DNA of 54,608 nucleotides, filler included, from Catajapyx aquilonaris (taxonomy: Eukaryota), in the NCBI GenBank assembly GCA_000934665.2. It is 3 parts of 3 records of this genome, joined end to end, with 100 filler letters (N's around TTAATTAATTAA, not from the genome) between each part and the next. Parts side by side here need not be neighbours in the genome. Positions count along the whole stretch, not along the records: positions 18,232 to 36,359 come from JYFJ02006764.1; positions 36,460 to 54,608 come from JYFJ02006765.1; 1 more part is not named here. One strand, given 5' to 3'. The position numbers and the translations under genes were made by a program. Within the stretch, counting starts at the first letter, position 1. The number at the start of each line of letters is the position of its first letter. The notes beneath the pieces were generated by a model, which saw only the letters and a list, made by a program, of their open reading frames with translations, made no database searches and was not told the origin of the DNA. Shown here piece by piece: positions 34,601-48,900 of the stretch.

Positions 34601-35951
34601 TCATTACAAAACTACTGGTCATAGTAAAAGATTTTCAATATTTCTGTCATAAATAAGACATCTGGTCAGTAAGGATAGCTTTTGCTGTTCGAACCACTTC
34701 CTCAGTAGACAGGTTTCGCTCGTGTTATTATTTTTTTACAAGGTATAAGAGGCACTTTTTTGAACTGATTCGGTCATTTCAAATTGTGGTGTCACAATAT
34801 GAATTTTAAATTATCTAACCTCAGGTTTAAAAATAAGCACCTTTCATGTGACAGCGTTATCAGACTGGAAAGTTCTGAGTCCAACTGTTTCATCCCCCAC
34901 CTGGTTGTAATCCAAGGTCAGTGACCCGCAAGTGACCCCCTCTTATCATGGCCTCGTAGTTTGGCTTAATCTGGGTCAGCTCCAAGCTCTGGAATCCAAA
35001 CAAGGGCTCGGCTGCCCCTGCGCCAACTGCCCCTGAGCCAGACGGCCCTTCTCCCTCCAGAGACTGATGAGGTAGGTTCTCGCAGCGAAAAATTGTTCCC
35101 AGATCCTTAATCAGCGACTTATAAATCTGGAAATAATTATCCAAAAGTCAGCCATCACAGCATAGATATTTTTAAATCAGCAGTAATGCAACATTGCATT
35201 GTTAAATTACTTTGAACATGCATTTTCAAAAGTCACAAATCCTAGAAAATCATACCAGGAAGATCTCTAATCTCACTACAATTTACAGCATAAAGACAAT
35301 CGCTATTCGTCTCTCATTACATATAGGTGAATATCAGGTCCATGCAATGTTCCCAATCAAACCAACAAAAAAAACTCACAGTCGAATGCCATGATTGGGT
35401 GACTCTCCTGGGCATTGTCGTCATTCCCTCCCAATGAGAATCAATGAATGGGATGATATCTACGTCCTTTGAGAACAACGACCGCGGCTTCCCTTCCTTT
35501 TGACTGTTGTGAACCAAGTTGGCCACTGCCGTGATGCACATCTGGGTGAAAGCTAGAAGAAAATGGCCACAATTGAAGCTTAATTTACAATTTAAGAATT
35601 GTTTGTAGTGATACATAGCCTGCACTTAATTCCACAGTACTTCATGTCGCCACTACCTTACATTATCATGAACAAGAGCCACGGTTTTAACAAAGAAATA
35701 ATTATGCGAATATTTCTGCACACCAATTCATCACTGTTCATTCCATTTCAGTGTCAAAATCAAAGTGCAAACCTGCTTGATTCTTCTTGAAGCTCTCGAG
35801 TCCAGTTGGCGAGCAATTTTTGCAAACAAAGATGTAGTTCATCATGAACGGAACCAGCTTTCCCAGCTGGTATCCAATGCACGACTCGTGGTACCAGCGG
35901 TGGCAGCTTGCGCAGAGTAGTTCCACCAGGTTAAGGTTGCGATCCTTCCCA
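28669..35951 (-). CDS. ASH2L: Set1/Ash2 histone methyltransferase complex subunit ASH2, 5'-partial (exons 35951-35773, 35552-35380, 35126-34901, 34301-34097, 29710-29140, 29073-28669)
   Basis: PHD-like [24 protein letters not shown]...CKNC; winged helix; [51 protein letters not shown]...[13 protein letters not shown]-terminal DPY30-binding helix EQTMADLLF. All splice phases are compatible with GT-AG. Confidence 0.96.
30635..30989 (+). mobile_element. tRNA-derived SINE (same head and body as the SINE at 6314) in an Ash2 intron
   Basis: B box GGTTCAATCCC; TSD GGGCATTCCCTTGGAAACA at 30616-30634 and 30990-31008; A-rich tail. Confidence 0.9.
31452..33426. mobile_element. ~2-kb element with ~630-bp near-perfect TIRs (TGT..ACA ends, TATA flanks) in an Ash2 intron
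   Basis: 31452-32079 is the reverse complement of 32799-33426 with about 4 mismatches by eye. TATA occurs at 31448-31451 and 33427-33430. The ~720-bp spacer has no recognisable ORF. Confidence 0.88.
33450..34070. repeat. Degenerate long inverted repeat (foldback element)
   Basis: GGTAAAGACGAGCATGAGCA (~33487) vs TGCTCATGCTCGTCTTTACC (~34009); similarity extends ~200 bp on each side. Confidence 0.7.
34410..34562. repeat. ~150-bp hairpin/MITE in an Ash2 intron
   Basis: GACGTCAGATGAA.GAAGACCGTATCTCAA.AACTAGT vs ACTAGTT.TTGAGATACGGTCTTC.TTCATCTGACGTC. Confidence 0.75.
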
Positions 35952-36359
35952 CTGGAGCAGAAACACTCAGAATGAGCTGTACTCACACATTGGAAAATAC
36001 AGTTGAATCCGGATATAACATCCTTGGTGATAACGGACTTTCAGTTGTAACAGACTCAAAAGGCTGGCCCCAGCAAACTTCCATAAGACACTCGGTGCAT
36101 TTTACTCCCGATATAACAGACTCATTTTCACCTCACCTGAGGTATAACATACCAATTTTTTGGCCTCTCAGTGGAAAAATATGCTGTTTTTGATTATTCA
36201 ACTTTCTTTCTCATGCGAGGAAAGCATTGCATATTTGAGCTGGGGTGATTTTCCCACCTGTCACCAAGATGGATAAACAGGGTATGGTGGCAAAACTGGG
36301 GCCGTTTTCCCTCTAGCGGGGTGTGAGTGTGATGTAAGGTCTGGCCGCCAGAGGCGCAT

Positions 36360-36459
36360 NNNNNNNNNNNNNNNNNNNNNNNNNNNNNNNNNNNNNNNNN
36401 NNNTTAATTAATTAANNNNNNNNNNNNNNNNNNNNNNNNNNNNNNNNNNNNNNNNNNNN
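36360..36459. other. Artificial contig linker N44-TTAATTAATTAA-N44
   Basis: Identical to 18132-18231. Confidence 0.97.
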
Positions 36460-36933
36460 GCCCGGGTTTCATGTCTTCATCGGGAAAGAGTATAGTTAGT
36501 TGGTTTAGCAAAAAGGGGGGACGGGCTAGATTCGTATCGGAATTGCCACATTATTCGCTATTTTCTAGTCCGATACGGTGTAATCAAATTCAGCCGCCAT
36601 CGCTGCAATGCAGCATGCTTTTCACTTTTTTGCATTTTCCATTCCGCGCATTACCATCACTCTGATGCTCGGTTGGGGGGGAGGGCAGGGTGGGAGGGTT
36701 AAAAAAAAAATCCGAATAGCGTGCGTTGTCGAATATGAAGCTATACTCGGGGCCTGATTGGGTCACTGGTCTATAAAATTCATCCTCTTCCGAATCAGAC
36801 AGTGAAATCAATTCGACATAATGCCACGTAATTCCCAGAAAATTTCCAACAATCCTGGTGCTTCGAATTAAACAACAAAAAAAGAGGGGGGAGGGGGTCG
36901 CACGTTAATTAAAATGAAATGAAGCGAGCTTAC

Positions 36934-39900
36934 CTTCGATGGATAGCACTCGTCGGAGTTCCTCAGTTAGCGTTTTGAAGCGCCTGCCCAAGTCATGCTC
37001 TTTCTCCCTGGAAAATAGCAGTGACAAAATAATTCATTACACTCAGTCACAAAGTCCAGAATTGCCTCCCAGACACCGAAAATCCCCCTCGCATTGCTCT
37101 TTCACCTGCACAAAAGCGTCCCTAAACTTTGGTCGCATTTGCATTCGCCAGCACAATTACATAATTAACTGCACAGGCCTCAAGTGAAAACAGGAATCTT
37201 TGCAGTATTAAAGTCCATGTCATCAGCCATGGGGGAAACAAAAAAAATAATCATAAAACGAACTGCAGAGTTGGTATCAGTCACCAGTTTTAATTTAGAC
37301 AAAAAACAAAAACAACAACCCCAAAACAAAAAACAATTTTTCCACATTTTACTTCGGCCTCATAGCAAATCTCAGGTTCAGTTGTGTGAGTCGAAAAGTT
37401 ATGTATACCTGCCCAAATTTGATTTCAAAGACCACCTCTGTGTACTGCGTGATTGACAGAAAATACTCGGCCCATACTATAAGTTTGCGTGGGTATAGGT
37501 ATTTGATGTAAGTTTATACAGTATTACGCTACCGGCAATGTGTGAAATCCGGAATTATATAAAATGCCTATAGAATGGGCCGGCTAAGTATATGAAATGC
37601 TTCGTATTTCATACATTGCCTATGCATTTTATATAATGCATAAGGGCAAACCATATAGAATACTGGCCACGCTCCAGGGACAAAGTTTGGGCTACGCTTT
37701 CATATATCGAGAGTTCCCGCACTATTACCTCGTACTTTCCTAGGCGTGTATCCGCTAAAGATAGGTCTGTATCCGCAAGGAAGGAATGTTATGGGTTATG
37801 TTGGTACAGCGTGCCTGCTTTTAGCCCAAACTTTGTCCCTGCTGGAGCGTGACCGGAGTATTCTATACTAGTTGCCGGTTTGCCTTTCGGCAAAGTATGA
37901 AATAACAGACATTTTCATACTCAGCCTAAAAATGCCCGGCATTTCACACATTGCCGGTAACATATACAGTTGTCCGTCGCAGATTCAACCAGGAATACGC
38001 GATAGGCTACCGCATTTGAAAAGGAATATCACTCACATGGCAATTCTACATTTTTCAAGGTAAATAGTGTCACATGAAATATTAACAGAATTAATAAACT
38101 TCATAGTCGTAAATTGAAAGCGGTTTTACTTGGGAGCTCCTGGCCCAGCTTTTTGCTCTGGACTGTACCACATATTCAATCTGACAGCCAAGGACGATGA
38201 CGAGTCCATCAGGCTCTATATGGCCGAGTCCCACTCCGGTTTTAATAAAGTTGTAAAAACAAAGGTGGCCGAAAAGAATGAAAGCATTGTTGGGAAAAGA
38301 AGTGTTTGAGGGCATGTGGCCCAGGGCGGGGAGAGATGGTATCAGCAAGGGCTGGGTGTGCTGTGTGTGTGGGTGTGTGGAGGGGGCAGGCAAATGGGGC
38401 TCCCATGTTCGGGCGCCAAGCAATTAGCCGGCGGTTCCTGTCCAAACAGCCAAAAGGGAACCCGCGCCGCTAAGTCAACACTCCATCCCGACACTATTAG
38501 CCCTCATCAGTCACCTACCGCCTTTTTAGCACCCTCCTCCCTTCCTCCCTGTCTACACACGTGGAATACCCCTTTGCTTATTCTTCACTCACATTCTGTC
38601 ATGTTATCCGCAATCTAATTGGTAATGTGTAATTTATAGTTTACATCACACATCGACTTGTACAATATATTCACGTACCCAAGCATGACTAATCATCCTA
38701 CATCCCTAATTCCAATTAAATTTTATTCCAAGACCCTGTATACACTCGCATATAATGACGGCGGTATTACATAAACGACCGACTCTATATATCGGATAGT
38801 TTTGACTTGTTGACCGACGCAATATATGTGGTCCGCTCCAGCCAGGCACATGCGGGGCTCACATGCATACTCTTGATCCCAACCGACCGCCGGAATTGTT
38901 CAAAGCCATTCATCAAATCCTGGCATTAATTTATGCTTTTATGCGAAATTATTACTGCGCCGGGATAAAGGCGCAAAGCCTCTGTCAAACAGCCGCAGTC
39001 CCTTCCCGGGAGCAAAGCCGATGAAAACGCGGGACTGAAAATCCACCGCACCACCCCAGGGTGCAGCACAATAAAGCACTGCACAATAATAATAAAAATT
39101 GGGCCCACACACACACAAAAAATCCGCAGCCGTTCCCATATATACCTGCAGGTCTCATCGTTACACACTACAATAATTCGGCCATTATTAATTAGTGCAA
39201 TCGTTTTGCAGATCCCCCCCCCCCCCAAATGACTTGTAATAATGGAAGAATTTACAAGTTTGTAGGGGGGGGGGGGGGTAGAGCCCGAATAATAATTGCC
39301 AAAGGCGCCATGATTAGCGTTATGAAAGAGGTGGCAGTCAGCATGGTGGAAAATCCTAATACGAAATGAAAGAGGGAGGTAGTGGGTGGGGATGGAACGA
39401 GAGAAAAACGCGAAATGTGGAGAGGTGGGGGTCCTGTCAGATGGTTTTGCTAGCCGCCTAAATCCCCTCCCTCTCGGCTTCCATTAGTTTCCCTCTCGCT
39501 CCAGCGGCCAATCCAGCCAGACCTATATATAGGCCCCTATCCACCAGGACCCCCCTCGCAGTTTCGCACTGCACCACCTGCCCCCCCCCCCCCCCCCCNC
39601 CCCCCCCCCCCACCCCACATTGGGTGGTCTATATACACACGCATCCAAACGCACTATAAGGTGCAAATCACCAAGTTGCTCCCTTCTACTAATACACACA
39701 ATCACCAAACGATCATATCAAGATATCATATCCTCCGAAGGAATGTCCCAGCATGTCTTCACCTGCACCGATTTGCCAAATAGGTGACCCATGGGATGCA
39801 CAACAAGAGCTTGGCAGCAGGAACAACAAACTGATTGACAGGACTAGGAGTCCGGCTTGCAATGTCCAAAGGTTGATCCTAATCTCATGGGGGTGCGCTT

Positions 39901-42900
39901 GGGAATGAGGAAAGAAGAAGAAGAAAAAAAAGGAGAGAGGGGGGGGGGGGGGGGGNCCCGCCAAACACTGCCCATTCGGACAAAAGACCTGACAAGCAAC
40001 CTTCCATTTCACACTCCACCTCGCATGGCACCATGACACCCCCTCCCCCCCAGTTATCATCACCCTACACGCCCCTCAAGGCATTCCTATTCACACCAGT
40101 CCAGCCATCTTAATTAGGCGTTTCCACCCAAATATTTGCCATCAATAACAGCAGCCCCCCCCCCTTTTTTTTTGAGCAATTGCGGCCATTTATTGGGTGG
40201 TCCCTCAACCCGAATCTTCCGCTCGGTTTCCCTCCCCATTGTCGCTTGTTAGAGTGGATGAAAGTGGGAGGAGGAAAAGGGCACCGCATTTGGCCACAAA
40301 GGAGCCTCAAGTTCCGCTTCTCTCGGGACCCCCCTCATCACAGTTGCCACAACCATACAACTTACTCTACAATGCGGACCCCCCTTGCCTAAACTGGTTT
40401 TTAATTTTGTGCCGAATTGTTCCGTTAAGGTCCTCCCCACCTTTTGCACATATCCGGCGACGTGAGAACTCCCCCCAATATTCCAGATGCACCTGTACGG
40501 CCGTGAGAGCCACCTCAGAAGCCATTATCCACATAAATGCGACTTATGTCGGTTCATAATCTGACTTAACGGGGGCACCTGCTAGGTGCGAGATCTACTA
40601 GCCGTTTTAAGAGCCGACGATGGCGTGAAGCACGCGATGGCTACAGGAAGCGGGCCACTTAATGTGAGAAGATGTAATTTGCGGAAGAGCCGGCGGTAAA
40701 TCGGTTATGAAGTTGTCCCCAGGCCTGCTTTTGTGGGATCCCTCCGACTGCTTCCTGTGTCATCATTCTCCGGATCCTCATCCTCTTTTTCCTCTTCCTA
40801 AGCAGCTTACGCCCACGGGCTTAGTTAGGCCTCAGCCCTGTTCGACAAGGAGGCTTAGGCCCGGACTAAACTCCACCCAAACTCGTACTTATCCCGAAAC
40901 CAAAGCGAGTCTTACGTCAGGTCACTTGACCTCCGCTCTCCTAAGCCTCTGACCCCTGTCTCGCCCTAATCACTACCCGCCTTACTCATTTTCTCCCGCG
41001 CTTTTTGCCCCCCCCCCCCCCTCCCCACCCCACCCAAGCGAATTACAACGCCCCCGGGTTCACCCCTGACATTTTTCAAAGCGAAAAAGTTGTGATCAAA
41101 AATTAATTCCATCACCTGTGATATTTGGTTGTGAAAACAGCTCCCACATCCTGCTCCCACTCTCAGGGCAATGCGGGGTGGTGGGAGGGCTTATTGGCAC
41201 GCAAACTTTTTAAGCTTTATGGCACGAATGCCTACCACCCTCCTGTTCAATCAATCAGGGATGGTTCGATCGCTTCCACTTCCATTAAGCAAATGAATTC
41301 CAGATTATAAGCTGCAAATCGAACGTCAAAAAAGTGCTTTTTGCTTGTCATACAACGGGAAGAATCCAACGGTTCGGGATGGGGGAGAATAAATCCTACA
41401 GCACGTGCCCACCATATACCATGTAGGTCCAAATTGCATTTTTTTTTTTTTTTTTGTTGAAAAGAGGGGCTGCACTATGGTCATTTGATGATGCAGGGGC
41501 GTGACTGACAGCTTCCTTAGAACCAGACCAAGATACAAATATGGATATATCAATTCCTAAGCTTGGGATAAGATCAATCTTGACAGCTGACACTCTTCGC
41601 CAGAAACGGCGTGGACCTGTGGTCATCACGCTGCCATCCCGATGAGCTTCTATCACTTTAACCCAATCAAGCGATTGTCATCCACTAATAGCAGTGTGAT
41701 TTTCTCCTTCTTTGACAGCATCCAGCTGGCCTGCCATTTTTATGACTTGAGACACAGGAATTCTCCTTTTGGTTTGGGTTCTCCTTTTTTTTCTACCTGT
41801 CACTTTTTTGAACACCTGACTTTCTCTCTCTCTCCCCCCCCCATCCCTGCCCTCTTCCCCCCTCCCACCGTTTGTTATAATGGAAACTTATGCACAGGTG
41901 CTGAAAACTAAAAATTCCACTCTCACATTGGGAGGTCTCACCTGCCACTCCTGATCGGAAAAATAACCAAAATTCACAATGGACTCAAAGAACTCTTATA
42001 ACAGTGCAAAACAGGCCCTCTGGCTTTTACCCATGACAGCTGACACAACCTTTTATAGGCACGCTTGTTCCCTTCATTTTCAAGTGTTCACAATAAGAGC
42101 ATGGTAACACTGGACCCAAAATTTCAATGCTAAAAGCATGTGCCAAGTTCCGCAACAAAACAAGAAAAACTGCTCGGAAGAAAAGAAAATGTAAGATACT
42201 TACTGAATGTTGAGCTGCATTTGATGCCTGAGGATTGCATTCTTTTTGTTGACAAGAGTGAACCACTCATGAATCATCTTCTCCTCCTCTTCTTTGCTTT
42301 GACCTGCAAAATGTGCAATCGCATGCAATTACACAATGTAATGGAGGCCTAGTAGAAGAGAATAAGTGGCATCAAAAGGTGACTAAGAATAACGTAATGT
42401 AAAATTGTGTTATAAACATTTAAAAATTATTTAACATAACATTTCTGAAGATCTGAACATTGACTCCACCTCCTTAAGTATTGCATTTAAAAAAGTGGGC
42501 TCAGATGTCTATCTAATATACAGTATACAGTATAAAATAAACTGCATTGTGTGTATTCTAAGCTTTGCTCAGTTATAAGCAATTTTAGAGGAGGCACTAA
42601 TATCAGGGAAGTTGCTTTTCGAAAGGAGCAATGACTAACTGTTGATAGATATTCTGCAATAGGCATGTGGACTCTCAAGGTCCAATTTTTTTTTGCAATC
42701 TCATTACTGATACATTTTGAGAGGGGGAAGAATGGAAAGAAATCTGGAAAAACTCATGGAAACACCAGAAATCATTGAAACTCAATCCCACATGAAAAAT
42801 CCATTATCCTGTGCAGGGATTGAACTCATGACATCATGATGAGAAATCCTACATGGACCATAAGCTACGTTGTGTTGCCTCTCATAACGCCATATCCCTG

Positions 42901-45900
42901 TAGTATCAGTCCACAATTGGGCAAATGTAAACTAAAAACAATGATCAATAAAAAGTAACTTCCCTTTTTTTCTGGGCAGCAACTTGCAAATTTCAAATTC
43001 TGATGTGTGTTATGAATGTCATTATAATCAAGTCACACATTTGTCATACTTCTGTACAGTACCCTGCATTAATGGCCATGCACAGACATCGCCATCTGGC
43101 CAGATTGAGCGGAACTAGGCGTCTGGTGGGCTGTGTCCAAAAATCAAGACTGCTTACAAGTCCACTCTAGACGGCTCAAGATATCGCGGTGGATTAACAG
43201 GCATTCGCTCGGTCCGTGTAATAACTGGCTCACAACCTCAATACATTGATAGGAATCGCAATGGCCTTATAATTCATCCCACAGATATATCTGTGATCCA
43301 TCTTTGTAGCAAGAGTTTGAATCTACCGCTATATCTTGAGCTGTCCAAGTATTTTGGACGCACCCCAACGACGCCTATTTTCGCTCGTTCTTGGACAGGT
43401 GGCGATGTCTGTGCATGGCCATTAATGCAGGGTACTGTACACTCATCAGAGAAATACACATTTCAGGCACTTGTGGCAAAATACAAGTTTAACTCAATAA
43501 TTTTCTCAGTAAGAACAATATCAACCCAACACTACATATTGATCAAAATTTACTGCTTGACATAGTTCGTTTTGTCCTCAATGAAAGGCATAGCCATATC
43601 TCCTCAACTTATGTACTGTAGCACCAACACAGTATTATGCTGAGATATTTTTTCGAATGCATTTCTTATACACACAGAGGAACATAGTGATCTCATGTTT
43701 CCGTCCCTGCCCAGCCAACAGAGGTCAGGAGTTCAAATCCCCACCCTCTCTCCCCCACAGTGCTCCCTTGCAGTGGTGGGAGGGCTTGTGTTTTTCCTGT
43801 GATCCTAAGAGCTATCATCGGCTATGATGGTGGTTGCTTTGTCTACTGGCAGGGTCTCCCTAGCCAGATAGGTTTTTTCAGGTAGGAGACAGGAAACCTT
43901 TCCTGCCTTCTTTTTCTCTCTCTTCATTTCTATCTCCATCTCTATCACCATTGTGTCTTATAATAGCCTGATAGCCATATAGGAGGGTCGGTCATAAAGT
44001 GTTAATCATCACCAAGAAAGAAGAGAACTACTTTCACAAGATTTGGTGGTAGATTTAGTCCATCTCTACATATGACCCATCCAGAGTTACACACTTCTCC
44101 CATCAATGGATGAGCTGGTTGAGACCTTTGTTGTAGAAGTCCTCAGTTTGCTTGGTTTCTTTGTTTCAGGATCATAATGGTAGACCTAGCACTCATCCAT
44201 AGTGATCAGCCGTTGAAAAAAGTCACCTGGGTCGGCCTGACACAGCTTCAACATTTGTGATGCCACGTCCTTTCGTTTTTGGCAATGGGGTGAGCAATCG
44301 CAGCACCCAGCAGGCAGCGACTTTCGTTATGTGCAGTTCATTGTGGATGATGTTTAATACTGGCCCATGACTGATGTGGACCTTCGACAGTGATACCCCA
44401 GAATGTGAGTACTAGGGCCTCCATGTCTTTTAACAATTCCTGGTTCTTCACTGAGAGACAGTCGGCTGCTTTGGGTTCATCTTGCAGACTTGTTTGTCCA
44501 CATTTGAAATGTCTGTGCCACCTTACCACTGTGTCATATGATGGGGCATTGTCTCCGTACACGGAAACCAGCTCAGCATGAATCCCTTTAGTTTTGTGCC
44601 CCTTCAAAAGTAGGAAGCCAATCACCGCGCAAACCTCGATCTGCTGCACCATTTTGGTTTGGACACTTTAGTGGTGTTCCGTGTTACTACTGTGCGAGAT
44701 TATTTGCACCTGCTGAGAGTACAAGGATGTGTGCTTTACCCCCAGCAAAAATAATTACGATATTCCCTTTTTTAAAAGTCAATAATTAGAACTTTATGAC
44801 CGACCCTTGCAGTTGCTTTGGTTCCTTCCGACTCATACAATCAATCAAATCCTGTCCGGATAATTTTGCAACACTAGTTCAACACCATACGGCCCCTTCA
44901 AATAGGGTAATATGATGAAAAACATGTTTGGATATTTTTATTTAATTAATTCCAGTTTTAGTGCGCATTTGGCAACTCGACAATCAGCCATCATCCACCG
45001 TTATCATAAATATTAAAAGAACAATGATCTCAGGTTCCTGGCATCTCCTGTGGTGATTTCAAATGAGAAAAGTTGCAAATTCAAATATGAATTTCTGCAA
45101 TACCAAAATGACAAGATAAAACTGACTGTGAGTTTTACTTTTCCATCCTACATGATTAGGAACCACTTTCATTAAAAATTACACCGGTCTAAGGAAGAAA
45201 CAATATTATCCTAGCAGGGATCCTTTCTCTTCAATAGCCGTAAAAAAACATATTAGTAGCTAATTCACATCACTCATTTCATTAAATCTAAATACAACTT
45301 TACTTGGGATAATATTATGAGACATCTAAGCAAAATGCAGCTGCATTTATTCTCACCATTTTCCATCACAGCTCGAAGAGACTTCTCCAGTTTCCCTGCC
45401 TGCATGTCGATCTGCTTCTGCTCCCTTTCCAGGGCCTGAAGCTGAATCTGGACGTATGTCATCACGTCCAAACCCTATAAGAGTAAAAGGCAAACCCCAC
45501 AATCTCAAATTCATGAATGTTACATAAAAAACACCAAGGAAGTCTGATTAACACTGACCGCTCTGGCTTCTTCCTCTTTTGGACTCCCTGTTGCTTCCCT
45601 GTCTGAACTAAGCTTATCAACAAGTGAATGGAAGCTCTGAAGCTTTGTGGGCTTGTAGACACCTGTGTTTGCTTCCACAGAACGGGCAGGTGATGACCTT
45701 GCAGATTCTGATGAGCCATTCGAGGATTGGCTTCCAGGACGTCTGGTAGGAGAAATGGGAGACTCGCCCACACCTTTAACTGGAGTGCCGCCGTCTGTTT
45801 CGATGTTGTTTTCTTGATCTGGTAATAGGTATATGTGGAAAATGTTTGAAACAAACTGTTCCTATGTTGTTTCAAAATATTTCTGCCAATGATGAAAGTA

Positions 45901-48900
45901 TGGCAACTTAACTGCTGTACTGTATCCACAACTATACTGGCAGTTAATTAATGTTGCCATAATTTCCTGACAGCTTAGATTTTCCTATACAATGCAAACA
46001 AACAGCATATGCTTCCAAGGTTTAACAATCACATCAACACAACTTGGGCAACTGACAGAGAACCTGCTTGAACCAAATAACAAACACTTAATATTTTAAT
46101 TTAATAACAAGACATTTCAAACTGTCCTTCCATGTGCCACTGGCAATAAATAAAACATACCAACCAGATTTATGTCTGCAGCCAGCTGACACACTACTAT
46201 GGTGAATTATTTGTCACAAGTTGCTAATTTTATGATCAGATCAAGTAGTTAGCACTACCCTGTGCCTCATGAAATTGCATAGCATATACTGGCAGGAATG
46301 AAGCCCTTTCATGCAAGGACAGCATTAAGATTAGTATCTGCACTCAAATACAGGAATTCAACCACTTGAATTCAATGTGTCGAATGCATGAGGTGGTATT
46401 GACTGGATGACTGAAACAAAGCCTTGATCAGCCTCTATCCCAGCTCAGAGCTCTTTTCCCTTCTCCTGCTTGCTAGTCAGGCTAACACCCAACTTATTCT
46501 CATTTTCTGCTCTCCAGGCCCTTACCATCTTTTGATGGACTTCCCAGGTACTTGGCGGGAGTGTTTTCATGGCTTGATCTCCAGTACTTGACAGTGGAAA
46601 CCTTTACATCACATCCTGTACCTCATTATTAGAGCCAGTTATTCCAGTAACAAGGTGGTTCCAACCACTATGGCCTGATCATAAAAGGCTCATCTAATAA
46701 CTACAAATTCACCCCAGAAGTTAGTTTAGTTGAGAAGCATCCTATACACATGGAAGTTCTACTGTGCAGTTTATGGATACAAAATGTATTACATAGAAGG
46801 AAGGGTGACCTGGGCATAACGTCATATACTTGAACGAAGCTCATAAGGGAGTGCTGAACCACCACGTGATCATGACGCACCCCAATGGTGATAACTTAAG
46901 TGATTAGGCCTTAGCGAAGTGATTGGGTGAAGGGGTCACAATTGGAATTTATACTGGCACTACTGTTGCCATGACTTCACCAAAATTTACACACCACTTC
47001 AAAAACACCACTTCTCATTTGATTTTTACCTAATTTTACAGTATATCCACTTACCAATTACAAAAAATAATAATTAAGTGTTTCTGTAAGAGTTTGCAAA
47101 ACATGGTGCAAGTCTGTGAAATGCCATGCTTCTGCATGCATCGCTTATGAATGAAAGCATCAAATGGTCTCAATCAAAAATGAGGTAGACTGCCCTCAAA
47201 GCAAAGTGAATCCTCAAAGCTAATCAGTTACTTGGACCTATGCACTCTCACAACCAAGAAGATGAAGATTATCCATGTTGCAAGGCACCAAGTGAAACCT
47301 TGATCTATCGTTCAAGCATGTATCATTTTCCTGGACCCATCGGGTATTTCAAGGGTCCCAACAAAAACAATGAACTGAGGTTTCACTGAATTTGCATTTG
47401 AGTTTCCTAGTGAAGTAATTGCAGCTTTGCAATATGAATAATTGTCTTTTATCTTATCTTATTGGCCATAACAGTACCATTTTCATGACAATCAAGATGT
47501 TATTGTATGGACATAGGAAGTGGTTTCTGTACTTCATCCAGTTGCTTTCATGGTGTGGAAATCCAGCAGATTTGGCACTTATAAAATGTTCAAAGTAAAT
47601 TATAAAAGCAACCAAAGCATACAATAACTAAAATGGAACTTGGTCAATAACACAGGCAACTAAGCAAAACTGATGGTGAAAAAAAGACAATGCCAAAATC
47701 AAAGCCATAAAATAATGCAACTATGGGCTCACCCTTATCCACACCCTTAAACTGGTAAAATGAAACTTGGTGACCTAGTAGAGGTAATCAAAACAAAAAA
47801 AAGTGTCAGTTGTAAGTACAAATCCTACATCACCACTAATATTCTTGTTAAAACAGAAAACTCTTCATGCAGCTAAACCTGATTCCCAACCTACCAACTA
47901 TGCCCTGTGGAGAAGTCAGATCACCCAAGCTTGACCTCCCACCAGCTGCATTGTCACTGCTGTTGTTCTCACCACTTCCCTGCCTCGGAACACCTCCCGC
48001 TTCTTCCAGGTTCGGAGTACGACCCTGCTTGGCTTCCGCAATCAGGAGACGAGCTTGCTTCCGTAACATCAACTGCCTCTCGACAACATCCTGTGCATAG
48101 GAAACATATGATTAGACTTGTTCAGCTGAAATGCAACAAGTGAGGGGGTACAGGCACAAAACCTAGCCTGACCAAGCCATTAATAAAACACATGGAAATG
48201 GAAGACTTGAGGCTTGGCATTTCTTTATAGTGCACAACAGTTAAAAATTGTTCCACAAATACTACTACAAATGTCCAGAAACTTATTGTTCACATAAAAC
48301 AAGCCTAAATAGTGAAAACTTGAAATCATCACTTGTTGATGTGACTTCATACAAAAATGACAAGGGCTTGTATATTTCATGGGTCACACAATGACTTAAT
48401 GTTAAATTCTTTTAAATATGCTCTCGACTGGTAGCCTACAATATTTCATAGCACAAAATATTACAATCATTTCTCATATGACTCTGATAGTCTGATTTAG
48501 AAACAACTGCAACGTAACATCCTCTTATTTCAGTATACTTTGGCAGACCTAATCAACATAATACTCGTAATAATTTTTTTTCACAATGACTGAATTCAAA
48601 ATGTCAACATATTTTATTTGAGAAATTGGACACCACTCTTGTTATTGTCCATTGCTAATAACAAACCATTTATCAAAGACTCATACTAATCAACACATTG
48701 CAATCATATTCATCAATCTAAGCACAGATTTTGTGAGTTGTGATCAGGAGCGGACTGTGATTTTCTTGCCGGTGGGCAGGGTTGCACAAAAAATGGCCTG
48801 GCATATGAAGGTTATACCAAGTCATTTTCTCTCCCTCCACCTCCTTTCCTCACAAATCAAGCAAGGCACCTTGGTTGACACGAAATTTATTTAAAAATAA

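Noticed and set aside
35951..37007. Apparent EHBP1-Ash2 adjacency or fusion on the same strand
   Set aside because: The two are separated by an artificial linker and lie on different contigs.
39200..41030. Cluster of long poly-G/poly-C tracts, some containing N
   Set aside because: Low-complexity intronic homopolymers with uncertain base calls; no evidence of function from sequence alone.
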